Shown piece after piece: positions 1-10,379 of a stretch of DNA of 64,000 nt (position 1 is its first letter; the number at the start of each line of letters is the position of its first letter). The position numbers and the translations under genes were made by a program. The stretch lies in NCBI GenBank assembly GCA_964426625.1, contig CAYRRD010000010.1, positions 9,428 through 73,427 of the forward strand. The letters run 5' to 3'. This DNA is from an uncultured Saprospiraceae bacterium. Lineage in GTDB: Bacteria > Bacteroidota > Bacteroidia > Chitinophagales > Saprospiraceae. The notes under the pieces were generated by a model that did no database searches, had not been told where the DNA came from, and saw only the letters and a program-made list of their open reading frames with translations.

Positions 1-162
1 TGTGGCCAACAACCATCGAGGAAATACTGAGGGTAGAGGAAGTTCCCGGAAGGTTATCTTACCCCTTGATAATTGCGGACTTGATCCGCCATCTCACCTG
101 ATACCGCACACCCCTAAGCACCGCCCGGGACTTCAGCCTCAGCCTCCACATCATACTCTATT

Positions 163-1665
163 TCAGGAATTCCAAATACTTTTTTCCAGAAGCTCCGCTA
201 TTTCCCGATCGTTGGATAATCGTGGCACCTTATTCTGCCCACCGAGCTTCCCTCGGGCTTTCATCAGCTTTCGAAAAGCATGAGGCTCCAGCCTGGTAAT
301 CACCAATGGACGCAATATCCGTCCCTCGATCAGGTCCTGGTAGTAGGTGTTTTGCTTTACCATCTGCCGGTCGAGTTCCGCAGCGAAGACATCCATGTCC
401 TCCGGCTCTCGTCCAAATTCAATGAACCATTCGTGGTAAGGCAGGCCCTCTTGAGGATTGACCTGTGGTGCTACCGTAAATTCCACCACTTCTGCCGGCC
501 ATTTTTTCAAGGTATTTTGCAACGCTTCTTCGATCTCTTTACCAATCACATGCTCACCAAAGGCAGAAATGAAGTGCTTGATCCGTCCGGTGACCACCAC
601 CCGGTATGGATCGGTGCTAATAAAACGGATTGTGTCACCCAGATTGTAACCCCACAACCCGGCGTTGCTATTGAGGATCAGAACGTAGTCTGTGCCAGTT
701 TCCACATTCTCCAGAGCCAGACGTGGGGCGTCTTTTTCCCCAAATTGTCGGGCGGGGACAAACTCAAAAAAGATACCCGACCTGGTGTTGAGCAACATGC
801 CCTGATGTGGAAATGTGTCTTGAAATGCGATAAAACCCTCCGAAGCCGGATAGGTCTCCACGCTGTCGATCCGTCCGCCTGTCAAGGCCTCCAATTGGTT
901 GCGGTAGGGTTCAAAATTGACTCCCCCGTACACGAAAACTGAATAATTGGGAAATAACTCCCGAACCGTGGATTTGCCTGTACTTTCCAGCAATCTTTCG
1001 TAATACATCTGGACCCACGGGGGAATCCCGGATATCAGCCGCATGTCCAGGTTTCGGGTTTCTTCCACAATCTTGTCCACCTTGGCCTCCCAATCCTCTA
1101 TACAATTGGTTTCCCACGATGGAACCTGACTCATTTTCAACCATCCGGGAACCTGATGATTCACGATGCCCGATAAGCGTCCGGTCAGGATGCCATTCGT
1201 TTTTTCCAACTTAGGAGACCCCGACAGAAATATCAGCTTGCCATCCACAAAATCCAGGTTGCCTGTTTTGATCCCGTAATGGAATAGGGCATTGCGTGCT
1301 GTATTGAAATGGTTGGGCAGGGAAGCCCGCGTTATCGGAATATATTTGGTGCCGGAAGTAGTCCCTGAAGTTTTCGCGAAATACATGGGTTGCCCTGGCC
1401 ACAGAATATCCTTTTCCCCGTCCCTTACCCGGTCAAAGTACTTCCGGGAACCCTCATAGTCGTGGATGGGAATGGCCTGTTTGAAGTCTTCGTAGGTCCG
1501 GATATCGCTGAAATGGTGATCCTTGCCGTACTCCGTATTCTCTGCCTGTTGCACGATCTTTTGTCTGATTGCATGCTGATCGGACACAGCATTAAGGGCC
1601 ATGCGGTCAATTTTTCTCGAAATATAAGCTGCAAAAGGTTGGATGACCTTAGATTTCCATCCCAT
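163..1665 (-). CDS. GH3 auxin-responsive promoter family protein (acyl-adenylating superfamily)
   Basis: 500-aa ORF. N-terminus MGWKSKVIQPFAAYISRKI and the FAKTSGTTSGTKYIPIT adenylation-type loop match bacterial GH3-family proteins common in Bacteroidota. ATG at 1665. Confidence 0.85.
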   Translation of the reverse strand: MGWKSKVIQPFAAYISRKIDRMALNAVSDQHAIRQKIVQQAENTEYGKDHHFSDIRTYEDFKQAIPIHDYEGSRKYFDRVRDGEKDILWPGQPMYFAKTSGTTSGTKYIPITRASLPNHFNTARNALFHYGIKTGNLDFVDGKLIFLSGSPKLEKTNGILTGRLSGIVNHQVPGWLKMSQVPSWETNCIEDWEAKVDKIVEETRNLDMRLISGIPPWVQMYYERLLESTGKSTVRELFPNYSVFVYGGVNFEPYRNQLEALTGGRIDSVETYPASEGFIAFQDTFPHQGMLLNTRSGIFFEFVPARQFGEKDAPRLALENVETGTDYVLILNSNAGLWGYNLGDTIRFISTDPYRVVVTGRIKHFISAFGEHVIGKEIEEALQNTLKKWPAEVVEFTVAPQVNPQEGLPYHEWFIEFGREPEDMDVFAAELDRQMVKQNTYYQDLIEGRILRPLVITRLEPHAFRKLMKARGKLGGQNKVPRLSNDREIAELLEKSIWNS

Positions 1666-1679
1666 AATTTCAGGGTTTG

Positions 1680-2330
1680 TTAATCGATTCTCAGGTCCTC
1701 AATATAGTAATCTTTGTAGTTTTCGGAATTCCAAACTACAGTATTTCGGGGAAAATTACCCGTAAAAGAGGTGCTTCCCACGGTGAGCTGAATTCGCTGA
1801 CCGTCCCTGGCAAATATTTCGATGTACTTGATGTCCTTCGTCCTGGGTATAAAACTGAAACGGATTTTGAAATATTCACTCGATTGATCTGTCGGTATTA
1901 ATTCGATGATCCGCAGGGGTTGTCCACCCTGATTCAGACCCGATTGATCAAAGTACCTGAATTTCTGATCTTCGAGGTACTTCAGCACGCCAGCCGGTGA
2001 ACTCAGTTCGATGGATTCCGCATCGATGGTGGTAATCTGTATTTCTTTGGCCTGCTTGTGCACGGTATGTTGCACCCGTCCGTCAGCATATATCGAATAA
2101 TCTTCAAGGTCTACCTTATATGCGTCGCCCAGTTTGTAGAATATCCCTTCAAAAATCTGCGGTTCCTGCTCCGGGTAACTCAGTTGGAACTGAAAATCCA
2201 GTTTGAGCGCCTCTGTCTTTTGATATTTATCAATGACATCCTGAACCACGGTTTCCAGCGTGGGGTCTTCTTGCCCGAACGAAAAAGCAGTGGCCAGGGA
2301 CCAGCATAGGATAATTGCCAGGTGTTTCAT
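1680..2330 (-). CDS. LolA-like outer-membrane lipoprotein carrier family protein
   Basis: Signal peptide MKHLAIILCWSLATAFSFGQ followed by a ~200-aa beta-rich domain of LolA size and pattern. Start trimmed from 2348 to the ATG at 2330. Confidence 0.6.
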   Translation of the reverse strand: MKHLAIILCWSLATAFSFGQEDPTLETVVQDVIDKYQKTEALKLDFQFQLSYPEQEPQIFEGIFYKLGDAYKVDLEDYSIYADGRVQHTVHKQAKEIQITTIDAESIELSSPAGVLKYLEDQKFRYFDQSGLNQGGQPLRIIELIPTDQSSEYFKIRFSFIPRTKDIKYIEIFARDGQRIQLTVGSTSFTGNFPRNTVVWNSENYKDYYIEDLRID

Positions 2331-2445
2331 TGGAATAAGTTGTACCATAAAGACGAAACGGTCACCAAAAAGATATTTTTATTCCAAATATTAACGCATT
2401 ATTAACAGGGTCAAATTTTATCTATAAATTGTACCTGGGATTAGT

Positions 2446-2453
2446 TATATTTG
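2446..2453 (+). promoter_or_regulatory. Bacteroidota-type -7 box (TAtaTTTG) upstream of ypfJ-like gene
   Basis: Exact match to TAnnTTTG about 86 nt upstream of the ATG at 2539, in a 190-bp divergent intergenic region. No well-spaced -33 TTG verified. Confidence 0.3.
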
Positions 2454-2538
2454 AACGGGACAGCATTACAAGCTTAGGAAAATACAGGGACATGGGGTCC
2501 GTAAGCGCATTATTATAAAAAAAAATAATTAAAGGGTT

Positions 2539-3387
2539 ATGCAATGGAGAGGGGGTAAACAAAGCAGAAGGGTGGATGATCGTCGGGGGAGTACGGGCCG
2601 GCAGGTGGCAAAAGGAGGTGGAATTATCGCCGTCATCTTGGTCTTGTTATCCGTATTTACGGGGCGGGACCTCACTGGTTTACTGGGTTTTTTTGACCAG
2701 GGACCGGTCGTCCAAACGGAAGAAAGAGGACCGCAGGCTCCACGACCCGACGATGACCTGGCTGAGTTGGTCAGTGTGGTGTTGGCGAGTACCGAGGATG
2801 TATGGACTTCGCTTTTTTCAGGGCAAAATACCGGTTATCAGCCTCCTGTTCTGGTCATGTTTGATGGTGTCACATCCAGTGCCTGCGGAACTGCCTCCAG
2901 CGCTATGGGCCCTTTTTATTGCCCCGGCGATCAGCAGGTTTATATTGATCTTTCGTTTTGTAACGACCTGAAGAATCGGTTTCAGGCACCCGGGGACTTT
3001 GCCATAGCCTATGTGGTAGCGCATGAGGTGGGGCACCATGTCCAAAACCTGCTTGGTATTACCCAGCAGGTCCATCAGATGCGGGGGAGATTGTCGCAGA
3101 AAGACTACAACGCGCTGTCCGTAAAAATGGAATTGCAGGCTGATTTTCTGGCCGGGGTATGGGGGTATTATGCGAAGGACACACGACTTCAACTCGATGA
3201 AGAAGATCTGGAGGAAGCCATCCGGGCGGCTTATGCCATTGGTGATGATCGGATCCAGAAGCAAACCCAGGGCTACGTGGTACCGGATGCATTTACGCAT
3301 GGAACCTCAGAACAACGAATGTACTGGTTCCGGAGGGGGTTTGAAACCGGGGATCTTTCTCTGGGAGAATTCAATGCGATTAATTAG
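2539..3387 (+). CDS. ypfJ: YpfJ-family neutral zinc metallopeptidase
   Basis: Collinear with E. coli YpfJ: N-terminal MQWRGGKQSRRVDDRRG, one TM, GPFYCPGDQQVYIDLSF, HEVGHHVQ zinc motif, ELQADFLAGVWG, FTHGTSEQR. Confidence 0.9.
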   Translation: MQWRGGKQSRRVDDRRGSTGRQVAKGGGIIAVILVLLSVFTGRDLTGLLGFFDQGPVVQTEERGPQAPRPDDDLAELVSVVLASTEDVWTSLFSGQNTGYQPPVLVMFDGVTSSACGTASSAMGPFYCPGDQQVYIDLSFCNDLKNRFQAPGDFAIAYVVAHEVGHHVQNLLGITQQVHQMRGRLSQKDYNALSVKMELQADFLAGVWGYYAKDTRLQLDEEDLEEAIRAAYAIGDDRIQKQTQGYVVPDAFTHGTSEQRMYWFRRGFETGDLSLGEFNAIN

Positions 3388-3624
3388 GCCAGCTTTCCGG
3401 AATAACCTTTGGCAAGCTATTTGGGGAGTTATCTCATCATTTGACAATTATGGGATGGCAACATTGTATCGTCATTTATGGTTTATACTCCAAATAGTCC
3501 GTACACAGATGAGGTAATCGCTTGCGTGGATCTAAACAGGTTCCACAGTATGGTGGTACATAGATATTTTTTGCGGTACAATCCATCGTGGCGTATTTTT
3601 GATGAACATTGAAAAGTGATAACC

Positions 3625-5655
3625 ATGCCCCTACCTTCCGGTAAACAACCCAATCATCTAATCCATGAAACCAGTCCTTACTTATTGCAGCATGCGTACA
3701 ATCCTGTAGATTGGTATCCGTGGGGTGATGCGGCGCTGGAGAAGGCCCGGCAGGAGGATAAAATGCTACTGATCAGTATTGGGTATGCCGCCTGCCATTG
3801 GTGCCATGTAATGGAATCCGAAAGTTTTGAGGACGAGAAAGTGGCAGCCTACATGAATCAACACTTTGTGTGCATTAAGATTGACCGGGAGGAACGCCCC
3901 GATATCGATCAAATCTATATGGACGCGGTTCAAATGCTGACAGGCCGTGGTGGCTGGCCCCTCAATTGCCTGGCTTTTCCCGATGGACGTCCGCTCTACG
4001 GAGGTACTTATTTCCCCAAATCCCGATGGATGGAATTTTTGACCTACATGGTTGATTTTGTTGCAAACAACCCTGATAAAGCGCTTCAACAAGCCAACCA
4101 GCTCACCAACGGTATCCGGAGGAACGACCTTGTCCATTTTCAGGAGAACGATTCCCCGCATCAGGTATCGGATTTGGATGCCCTTTTTGACAATTGGATC
4201 GGTTTGTTTGACCTGGAATACGGTGGACATCAGGGGAATATCAAATTTGCCCTGCCTTCGGGCCATGAATTTTTGTTGGTGTACTATGCACTCACAGGCA
4301 ATGAGGACGCACTTGCGGTGGTAACCACAACGCTCGATCGAATGGCGCAGGGCGGGATTTACGACCAGATTGGAGGAGGATTTGCCCGATATTCTACCGA
4401 TCGATATTGGAAAGTACCCCATTTCGAAAAAATGCTTTACGATAACGCCCAGCTTGTGAGTTTGTACAGCCATGCATACCAGCTCACGGGTAAAGAGGAA
4501 TATCGGCAGGTGGTATATGAAACGCTCCAGTTTATCCGCAGGGACTTGCTGGATGAATCCGGGGGGTTCTATTCGGCATTGGATGCGGACAGCGAAGGGG
4601 AGGAGGGTAAATATTATGTGTGGTCTCAGGAAGAGATCTATGATGTATTGGAGTCTTACGGTCCGCTAGTAGCAGAATACTATAACGTCACCACTGCCGG
4701 AAACTGGGAGGGTATGAATGTACTCCATCGTTTGGGCGGAGATAATGATTTTGCTGGCCAGCACGACCTGACCCCGGACCAGTGGCAGGACATCCTTCGA
4801 ATTTCCAAAAACAGGTTGCTCAAAGCCCGTTCCAGACGTGTGGCTCCGGCACTGGATGATAAAATATTAACCTCCTGGAACGGGATGATGCTGCAGGCTT
4901 TTGCTACGGCCTATAAAGCATTCGGGGATGCTGAAGACCTCAAAATGGCGTTGAAGAATGGTCGGTTTATCCTGGATAAAATGAAGAAGCCAGACGGGGG
5001 GTTGTATCGCAATCACAAAAATGGAACTTCCACCATCAATGGATTCCTGGATGACTATGCTTTTGTCATATCGGGTTTTATTGAGTTGTATCAGGTGACT
5101 TTCGATGAGCAATGGTTAAGAGAAGCCCTTCAACTCCTGCGCTATACCTTTGAACATTTTTATGATCTGGAGAAACAAATGTTTTATTACACCTCGGATC
5201 TTGATCCTGCACTGGTAGCTAGGAAAATGGAGGTTCCTGACAACGTGATCCCCTCTTCCAATTCTCAAATGGCCAGAAATTTATTCGTGCTCGGAACCTA
5301 TTTGTACAGGGACGATTACGTAAAATTAGCTGAAGATATGGTTCGTCAGATTAAAACTGAGGCATTGCGTCAGGGACCTTATTTTTCGAATTGGGCCGTC
5401 GTGCTGGCCTGGTTGATCCGCCCTCCATTCGAGGTGGCGGTCGTGGGGAAGGATTGGAAATCAAAGTCGGCTGCATTGGGTCAAGAGTTTCTACCTTTTG
5501 CCCTATTATCCGGAGGACCAGATGAGGGATCACTTGAATTGTTGAAGGGAAAGTATGCAGAAGGCAAGACCATGATATATGTTTGTCGGAATAAGGTTTG
5601 CCAGCAACCTGTGACCTCTGTGGAGGATGCTCTGAGCCAAATGATTATAGTGTAA
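3625..5655 (+). CDS. Thioredoxin-domain protein, DUF255/YyaL family (N-acylglucosamine 2-epimerase-like C-terminal domain)
   Basis: NPVDWYPWG and CHWCHVME motifs, then a long alpha/alpha-toroid-like region, as in YyaL/SPATA20 homologs. Start moved from GTG 3616 to ATG 3625. Confidence 0.85.
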   Translation: MPLPSGKQPNHLIHETSPYLLQHAYNPVDWYPWGDAALEKARQEDKMLLISIGYAACHWCHVMESESFEDEKVAAYMNQHFVCIKIDREERPDIDQIYMDAVQMLTGRGGWPLNCLAFPDGRPLYGGTYFPKSRWMEFLTYMVDFVANNPDKALQQANQLTNGIRRNDLVHFQENDSPHQVSDLDALFDNWIGLFDLEYGGHQGNIKFALPSGHEFLLVYYALTGNEDALAVVTTTLDRMAQGGIYDQIGGGFARYSTDRYWKVPHFEKMLYDNAQLVSLYSHAYQLTGKEEYRQVVYETLQFIRRDLLDESGGFYSALDADSEGEEGKYYVWSQEEIYDVLESYGPLVAEYYNVTTAGNWEGMNVLHRLGGDNDFAGQHDLTPDQWQDILRISKNRLLKARSRRVAPALDDKILTSWNGMMLQAFATAYKAFGDAEDLKMALKNGRFILDKMKKPDGGLYRNHKNGTSTINGFLDDYAFVISGFIELYQVTFDEQWLREALQLLRYTFEHFYDLEKQMFYYTSDLDPALVARKMEVPDNVIPSSNSQMARNLFVLGTYLYRDDYVKLAEDMVRQIKTEALRQGPYFSNWAVVLAWLIRPPFEVAVVGKDWKSKSAALGQEFLPFALLSGGPDEGSLELLKGKYAEGKTMIYVCRNKVCQQPVTSVEDALSQMIIV

Positions 5656-5869
5656 GGTTTATCGGTCTTTCTCTTGCTCTGTTTCTTATGTAATCTATCC
5701 TAATGATGTGGCCATCAAAGTTGACGAGGAAAGAGACGGTATAACAGCATTCGTCAGAATTGCAAGGCACTTATTATATGGAACTGTTGCGTAATGAAAG
5801 TATAACGCCTGATTGAGTCGTGTCACATCATCAGTACATGCATGCCTTGACCATCATATTAATGACGTT

Positions 5870-6931
5870 TCAGCTTTTATCCGGGACTTTTCTCTTGCCA
5901 ACCATAGAACGGAGCATGCCCAGAGCCGTGGAAATCCATGCGACCAAAGCGATGAATATAAAATATCTGGGTAGGGTGGTCAGGAAATCAAGTTTCAGTA
6001 TCCGGGCCATTTCCAGGGTACATACAGTGTACATTCCAAGAGGAAAAACCATACTCCAGTAGGATAAATCATATCCCTGCGGCGTCCATGGTAAGGGGAC
6101 GCGGTGAAAAATATGGCGCCAAATGCCCAGGATGAGAAGGAGTGGGATCCACCAGGTGCCGATACTCCAGAAAAATAAGGTCAAACCTTTTATAAAGGGG
6201 GTCAGGTCAGCCAGGGGGTGACCGTTCAGAAGAGGGATGAGCATGGATCCTGCCAGAGTGGTTATGGCAACCGCGCCCATGTTGATCCAGTATGGGGCCT
6301 CCAGTTCCGCAGCGTTCAGAGGCATAAATATAAGTCGGTAAAATATCAGTGTGATCAGAATCAAATACAACAGGCAACCGGTCATGAAAAAGGCGATGAG
6401 CGTAAAAACCAGAAGCTGTTGTTGGGGGGAGGCGAAATGACTTCCCATGATGGCGATGGATTGGGTGGCAACCACTGAAACCAGCCAGCTTCCGTCGAGT
6501 CCTTTCTCGATGCCGGGATTATTGCGTGAAATGGTGATCAGCGTGAAAAAGGTGTAGGAAATGAGGATCCAAAGGCCCACTGCGATGGACCATATGGCAG
6601 GCAACCAGGCGATCCAGCCCATCCAGTCTATCTGGATACCTATTATACTGGTGGCAGCGATAATCGTAAAATAAGCAGGAGCTGTACGGTGGTTGCGGAG
6701 TTGATCCATTACCCCGTGGATCGAGGTAGTCAGTTTGTAGACCAGCAGAATGACCAGCAACAGGTATGCGAATATATTGGTCCAAAACAAAACGTGGCCT
6801 ACATGGTTCCATCCCAGCGACCATACACCGATACCGACAATTCCAGTAGCCATCACCAGATTAAAATACCCCGGGATATCACGCTGGTTTCTTACTTGAA
6901 ATAGGGTCATGGTTCTGGCAGTATGATGCAT
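5870..6931 (-). CDS. TDT (TehA/Mae1, SLAC1-like) family transporter
   Basis: 353-aa polytopic membrane protein (~10 TM). The N-terminal PGYFNLVMATGIV segment resembles the tellurite-resistance/C4-dicarboxylate transporter family. Confidence 0.55.
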   Translation of the reverse strand: MHHTARTMTLFQVRNQRDIPGYFNLVMATGIVGIGVWSLGWNHVGHVLFWTNIFAYLLLVILLVYKLTTSIHGVMDQLRNHRTAPAYFTIIAATSIIGIQIDWMGWIAWLPAIWSIAVGLWILISYTFFTLITISRNNPGIEKGLDGSWLVSVVATQSIAIMGSHFASPQQQLLVFTLIAFFMTGCLLYLILITLIFYRLIFMPLNAAELEAPYWINMGAVAITTLAGSMLIPLLNGHPLADLTPFIKGLTLFFWSIGTWWIPLLLILGIWRHIFHRVPLPWTPQGYDLSYWSMVFPLGMYTVCTLEMARILKLDFLTTLPRYFIFIALVAWISTALGMLRSMVGKRKVPDKS

Positions 6932-7368
6932 TTTACAGGGTCTTCTTTCTGGTAAATGTACAGGATTTATGGAAAAATCATGGGTGGACGGTTGGTTTCA
7001 TCTCCCCCTTTTTTGAATCCTGGTAGAGGGGGGTGTTTTTTATAAATGGTGTTCGCCTCCTGGGTTCCCAGTTTCATCAGACGAAAGTTTTTAAATAATC
7101 GCAGAGTATGCACTTGGTGCAAGGGATTATCTCTATGAACTAACCTTATCTTCCAACATTGTACCCCAATATGACAAAGAGACGCTGGTGTATGAGACTA
7201 CAATCTGTCTCCACCTCAACCCACATCTCACTTTTCACTTCTCCGCTTTAACGTCTACCCTCTAAATTCTCCCCTCCACCTAATTTATCTCTATGTTCAT
7301 CGAATAATGAAACTTTTCCCCTTATTTTCGTTTTCTAAATTTAGATATTGATCACATAAAAATAAATT

Positions 7369-7965
7369 ATGAAAAAATCATCCCTCATTCTAATCGCAAT
7401 TGTAGTTGTACTCGGATTTATATTGTACAACACATTTTCTGGTAGTTACAACAATATGGTAACGATGGAGGAAAGTGTGGAATCGGCCTGGTCCACGGTG
7501 GAAACCCAGTATCAACGTAGGGCGGATTTGTACAACAGTGTGGTGAATACAATCAAAGGGTCTGCAAACTTCGAACAGGAAACTCTGAACTCGGTTATCG
7601 AAGCCCGTAGTAAAGCTACCAGCATAAATATTGATGCGGACAACTTAACTCCGGAAAAAATCGCTGAATTTCAGAATGCTCAGGATCAGCTCAGTGGAGC
7701 TTTTAGCAGACTGCTGGTTACGGTGGAGCGCTACCCTGAATTGAAAACCACAGATGCTTTTCGTGATTTTCAAACCCAGATTGAAGGGACTGAAAACCGC
7801 ATCAATAAGGCCCGCAACGATTTCAATCAACAGGTTCAGACATTTAACACCTATATCAAACGGTTTCCCACCAATCTGATGGCTGGCCTTTTTGGTTTTG
7901 AGGAAAAGGGATATTTCAGAGCGCAGGAAGGAAGTGAAAATGTGCCTGAAATCAACTTTGGATGA
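7369..7965 (+). CDS. lemA: LemA family protein
   Basis: N-terminal TM, then the VESAWSTVETQYQRRADL and VERYPELKT...F..LQ..IEGTENRI signature typical of LemA. Confidence 0.9.
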   Translation: MKKSSLILIAIVVVLGFILYNTFSGSYNNMVTMEESVESAWSTVETQYQRRADLYNSVVNTIKGSANFEQETLNSVIEARSKATSINIDADNLTPEKIAEFQNAQDQLSGAFSRLLVTVERYPELKTTDAFRDFQTQIEGTENRINKARNDFNQQVQTFNTYIKRFPTNLMAGLFGFEEKGYFRAQEGSENVPEINFG

Positions 7966-8414
7966 AACTTGGATTGATCAGCGAATATTTTTCCCGAGAA
8001 GAAAAACAAGCCATAGTAGATGCCATTCGGGATGCCGAGAAGCATACTTCGGGTGAAATTCGGGTTTACTTCGAACGTTCGACCAAAAACATGCCTGTAC
8101 TGGACAGAGCTTACCGGGCATTTCAAAAATTGCGGATGGACGAAACTGCCGAAGGGAATGCGGTATTGTTTTACGTGGCTTTTGGTGATCATGAATGTGC
8201 CATAATCGGGGGATCGGGTATTCATGCCCGGGTCGGTGATGCATTTTGGGAAGAAGAACTCGAAATATTAAAGCATCATTTCCGGCAGGACGAATTTGTA
8301 CTTGGCTTACAGACTGCGATCCGCCTTGCAGGTGAACGGATGGCTGAATATTACCCCAATCAGCCCGATGATGTTAATGAATTAGACGATGAAATATATT
8401 TTGATGAGGGTTGA
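7962..8414 (+). CDS. TPM domain-containing protein (short form)
   Basis: 150 aa with a 4-nt overlap with lemA. EKHTSGEIRVYFE motif and position in the conserved LemA-TPM-TPM arrangement. Confidence 0.7.
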   Translation: MKLGLISEYFSREEKQAIVDAIRDAEKHTSGEIRVYFERSTKNMPVLDRAYRAFQKLRMDETAEGNAVLFYVAFGDHECAIIGGSGIHARVGDAFWEEELEILKHHFRQDEFVLGLQTAIRLAGERMAEYYPNQPDDVNELDDEIYFDEG

Positions 8415-9198
8415 GTGGAGATATCTGCGATTTTGGATCCGTTCATTGGTTGCGGCTACGCTGCTTTGGGCTGGGCTTATCGGTGATGCAGTATCTCAGA
8501 TTCCGGATCCACCCAACCCGCCCCGGTTGGTCAACGACTATGCCCGGTTACTGTCAGATGCTCAGCGATCTGATCTCGAACGTCAGTTGGTGGCTTATGA
8601 TGACAGCACCTCTTCCCAAATTGTCGTAGTCACCGTGCGTGAGTTGGGCGATTATGAAATAGCGGAATTCAGTTATGGACTTGGTGAAAAGTGGGGAGTT
8701 GGACAACAAGGAAGGGACAATGGTATTGTGATCACCATATCCGATAGGGACAGACAGGTCTTCATAGCCACTGGTTGGGGAATCGAGGGGTATATTACCG
8801 ATGTTCAGGCACGTCGTATTATAGACAGATATATGATCCCTCATTTTCGAAATGGTGATTATTACACCGGATTGAAAGAGGGGACCCGGGTGATTTCTGA
8901 AATCCTCGCAGGCAATTTTGATGCTATTGAAAGGTCTTCGTCTGAGGAAGGCTTTCCCATTGGTTCTATAATTATGTTGATCATCATCATAGTCATTATA
9001 GTGGTAGCCTTCGGAGGTGGTAGTGGGGGAGGAGGCGGACAAATCAATCGTCGTGGTTGGCACGGACCGATTATTATTGGCGGTGGTGGCTTTGGCGGCA
9101 GCGGAGGTGGCTTCGGTGGTGGTGGCTTCGGCGGAGGTGGATTTGGTGGATTTGGCGGTGGTGGCTTCGGTGGGGGAGGTGCCGGAGGAAGCTGGTGA
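8389..9198 (+). CDS. TPM domain-containing protein (YgcG-like) with TM segment and Gly-rich tail
   Basis: Signal/TM, VNDYARLLSDAQRSDLERQL..SSQIVVVTV TPM phosphatase-like core, TM IIMLIIIIVIIVVAF, then a GGGFGG-repeat C-terminus. An alternative ATG lies at 8404. Confidence 0.75.
   Translation: MKYILMRVEWRYLRFWIRSLVAATLLWAGLIGDAVSQIPDPPNPPRLVNDYARLLSDAQRSDLERQLVAYDDSTSSQIVVVTVRELGDYEIAEFSYGLGEKWGVGQQGRDNGIVITISDRDRQVFIATGWGIEGYITDVQARRIIDRYMIPHFRNGDYYTGLKEGTRVISEILAGNFDAIERSSSEEGFPIGSIIMLIIIIVIIVVAFGGGSGGGGGQINRRGWHGPIIIGGGGFGGSGGGFGGGGFGGGGFGGFGGGGFGGGGAGGSW
9017..9195 (+). repeat. Low-complexity Gly codon repeat (GGxGGFGG) inside the TPM gene
   Basis: Repeated ggtgg(c/a)tt(c/t)gg units encode GGGFGGSGGGFGGGGFGGGGFGGFGGGGFGGGG. 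The opposite strand reads as a Pro-rich shadow ORF. Confidence 0.8.
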
Positions 9199-9199
9199 T

Positions 9200-9223
9200 G
9201 CGTAGTGCGGGGACGCACTACGC
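9200..9223 (+). terminator. Strong hairpin downstream of the TPM gene (terminator-like)
   Basis: Perfect 10-bp stem GCGTAGTGCG/CGCACTACGC with GGGA loop, 2 nt after the stop, followed by GTTTGT (weak U-tract). Lies in the convergent gap with the rhomboid gene. Confidence 0.4.
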
Positions 9224-9290
9224 GTTTGTAGTGGTCCGCCTTGCGTCCCACTGGTTTGTCGGCTTCGCCGGTTTAATTGTAGCGGAAAAT

Positions 9291-9908
9291 TCAGAACACC
9301 GACATCAATTGCTGAACAAACATGCTGACGGATTTGGGGTAAATCACGATGGTGAAAATCAGACCGGTAACCGCACCATAAAAATGTGCGCTGTGATCAA
9401 TACGACCACCTTCCCTTTTGGCAGCATAATTTGAATACCACAGGTAAAGAACGCCCACGATGATACCAGGAATGGGGATCAGTCCATACAGATACAAATT
9501 TTGAAGTGGGAAAAAGAGCACATAGGCAAACATCACTCCGGAAATGGAGCCCGAAGCACCCACGGATCTGAAGTTGGGATCATGGAGGTGTTTTCGAAAT
9601 GTGAAAACACTGGCCATAAGGCCAGAAAGCAGAAAGAGTAGTATAAAATTGATCCTACCCAATGCGGATCCGAAAAGCTGGATAAAAAGATATTCTATCG
9701 CTTCTCCAAAGGTGAAGAATACAAAAAGATTAACCAAAAGGTGAAGCCAGCTTCCATGCAAAAATATGGAAGTGATCATTCGGTGATAGGACCGGTCTCT
9801 GGCCTCCACGTATGGATAATGCATCAGCTGGTGAAAAACGGATGGAGACCGGAATCCCCATAGGGATATACCAAACACAACAAAACAGAAAAGGACAGTT
9901 ATGCTCAT
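9291..9908 (-). CDS. Rhomboid family intramembrane serine protease
   Basis: 6-TM protein with the FLHGSWLHLLVNL histidine motif and GASGSISGV catalytic Ser motif. Confidence 0.85.
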   Translation of the reverse strand: MSITVLFCFVVFGISLWGFRSPSVFHQLMHYPYVEARDRSYHRMITSIFLHGSWLHLLVNLFVFFTFGEAIEYLFIQLFGSALGRINFILLFLLSGLMASVFTFRKHLHDPNFRSVGASGSISGVMFAYVLFFPLQNLYLYGLIPIPGIIVGVLYLWYSNYAAKREGGRIDHSAHFYGAVTGLIFTIVIYPKSVSMFVQQLMSVF

Positions 9909-9914
9909 AAAAAG

Positions 9915-10379
9915 TTAATGATGATAGGGTGAATTGTGAAGGATAGAAAACGCCCGGTAAAGTTGTTCGACTGTGATCAACCGGGCCAGATCATGTGGGA
10001 AAGTCATGGAAGAAAGACTGAGTCGTTGTTTTGATCGTTCGTATACAGCAGGATCAAATCCATATGCCCCACCGATGAGGAATACCAGCCTGGAAGCAGT
10101 TTGCATCATACACTGTTGCATGAAGTCAGCGAATTCCACCGAACTCAATTTCTGCCCTCCCTCGTCCATCAGGATCAAAAAATCTCCATCCGTTAGTCTT
10201 CCCAGGATTTTTTCCGCCTCCGCTTTCCGGAGAAGTGCAGCATGGGTGGACCGTGCCTTTACCGTGATCTCTTCCAGGGACACAGGTTGATACTGGCGCA
10301 ACCTCCGCAGGTATTGGTCGATACTTGTCTGCAAATCCCGTTGTTTGAGTTTGCCTATAGCCCATATTTCCATCCTCAT
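9915..10379 (-). CDS. rlmH: 23S rRNA (pseudouridine1915-N3)-methyltransferase RlmH
   Basis: 154 aa. SPOUT family signature LIGGAYGF...LSLSSMTFPH...R and typical RlmH length. Confidence 0.9.
   Translation of the reverse strand: MRMEIWAIGKLKQRDLQTSIDQYLRRLRQYQPVSLEEITVKARSTHAALLRKAEAEKILGRLTDGDFLILMDEGGQKLSSVEFADFMQQCMMQTASRLVFLIGGAYGFDPAVYERSKQRLSLSSMTFPHDLARLITVEQLYRAFSILHNSPYHH

Noticed and set aside
2-283. 93-aa ORF at the left edge, or a partial gene in 1-162
   Set aside because: The translation is Pro/His/Arg-rich and partly antisense to the GH3 gene. No frame in 1-162 on either strand gives a protein-like start, so I left it unannotated.
8862-9251. 129-aa proline-rich ORF (PPPKPPPPNPPNPPPP...) on the minus strand
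   Set aside because: It is the reverse-complement reading of the Gly-codon repeat in the TPM gene tail (GGN vs NCC), so it is not an independent gene.
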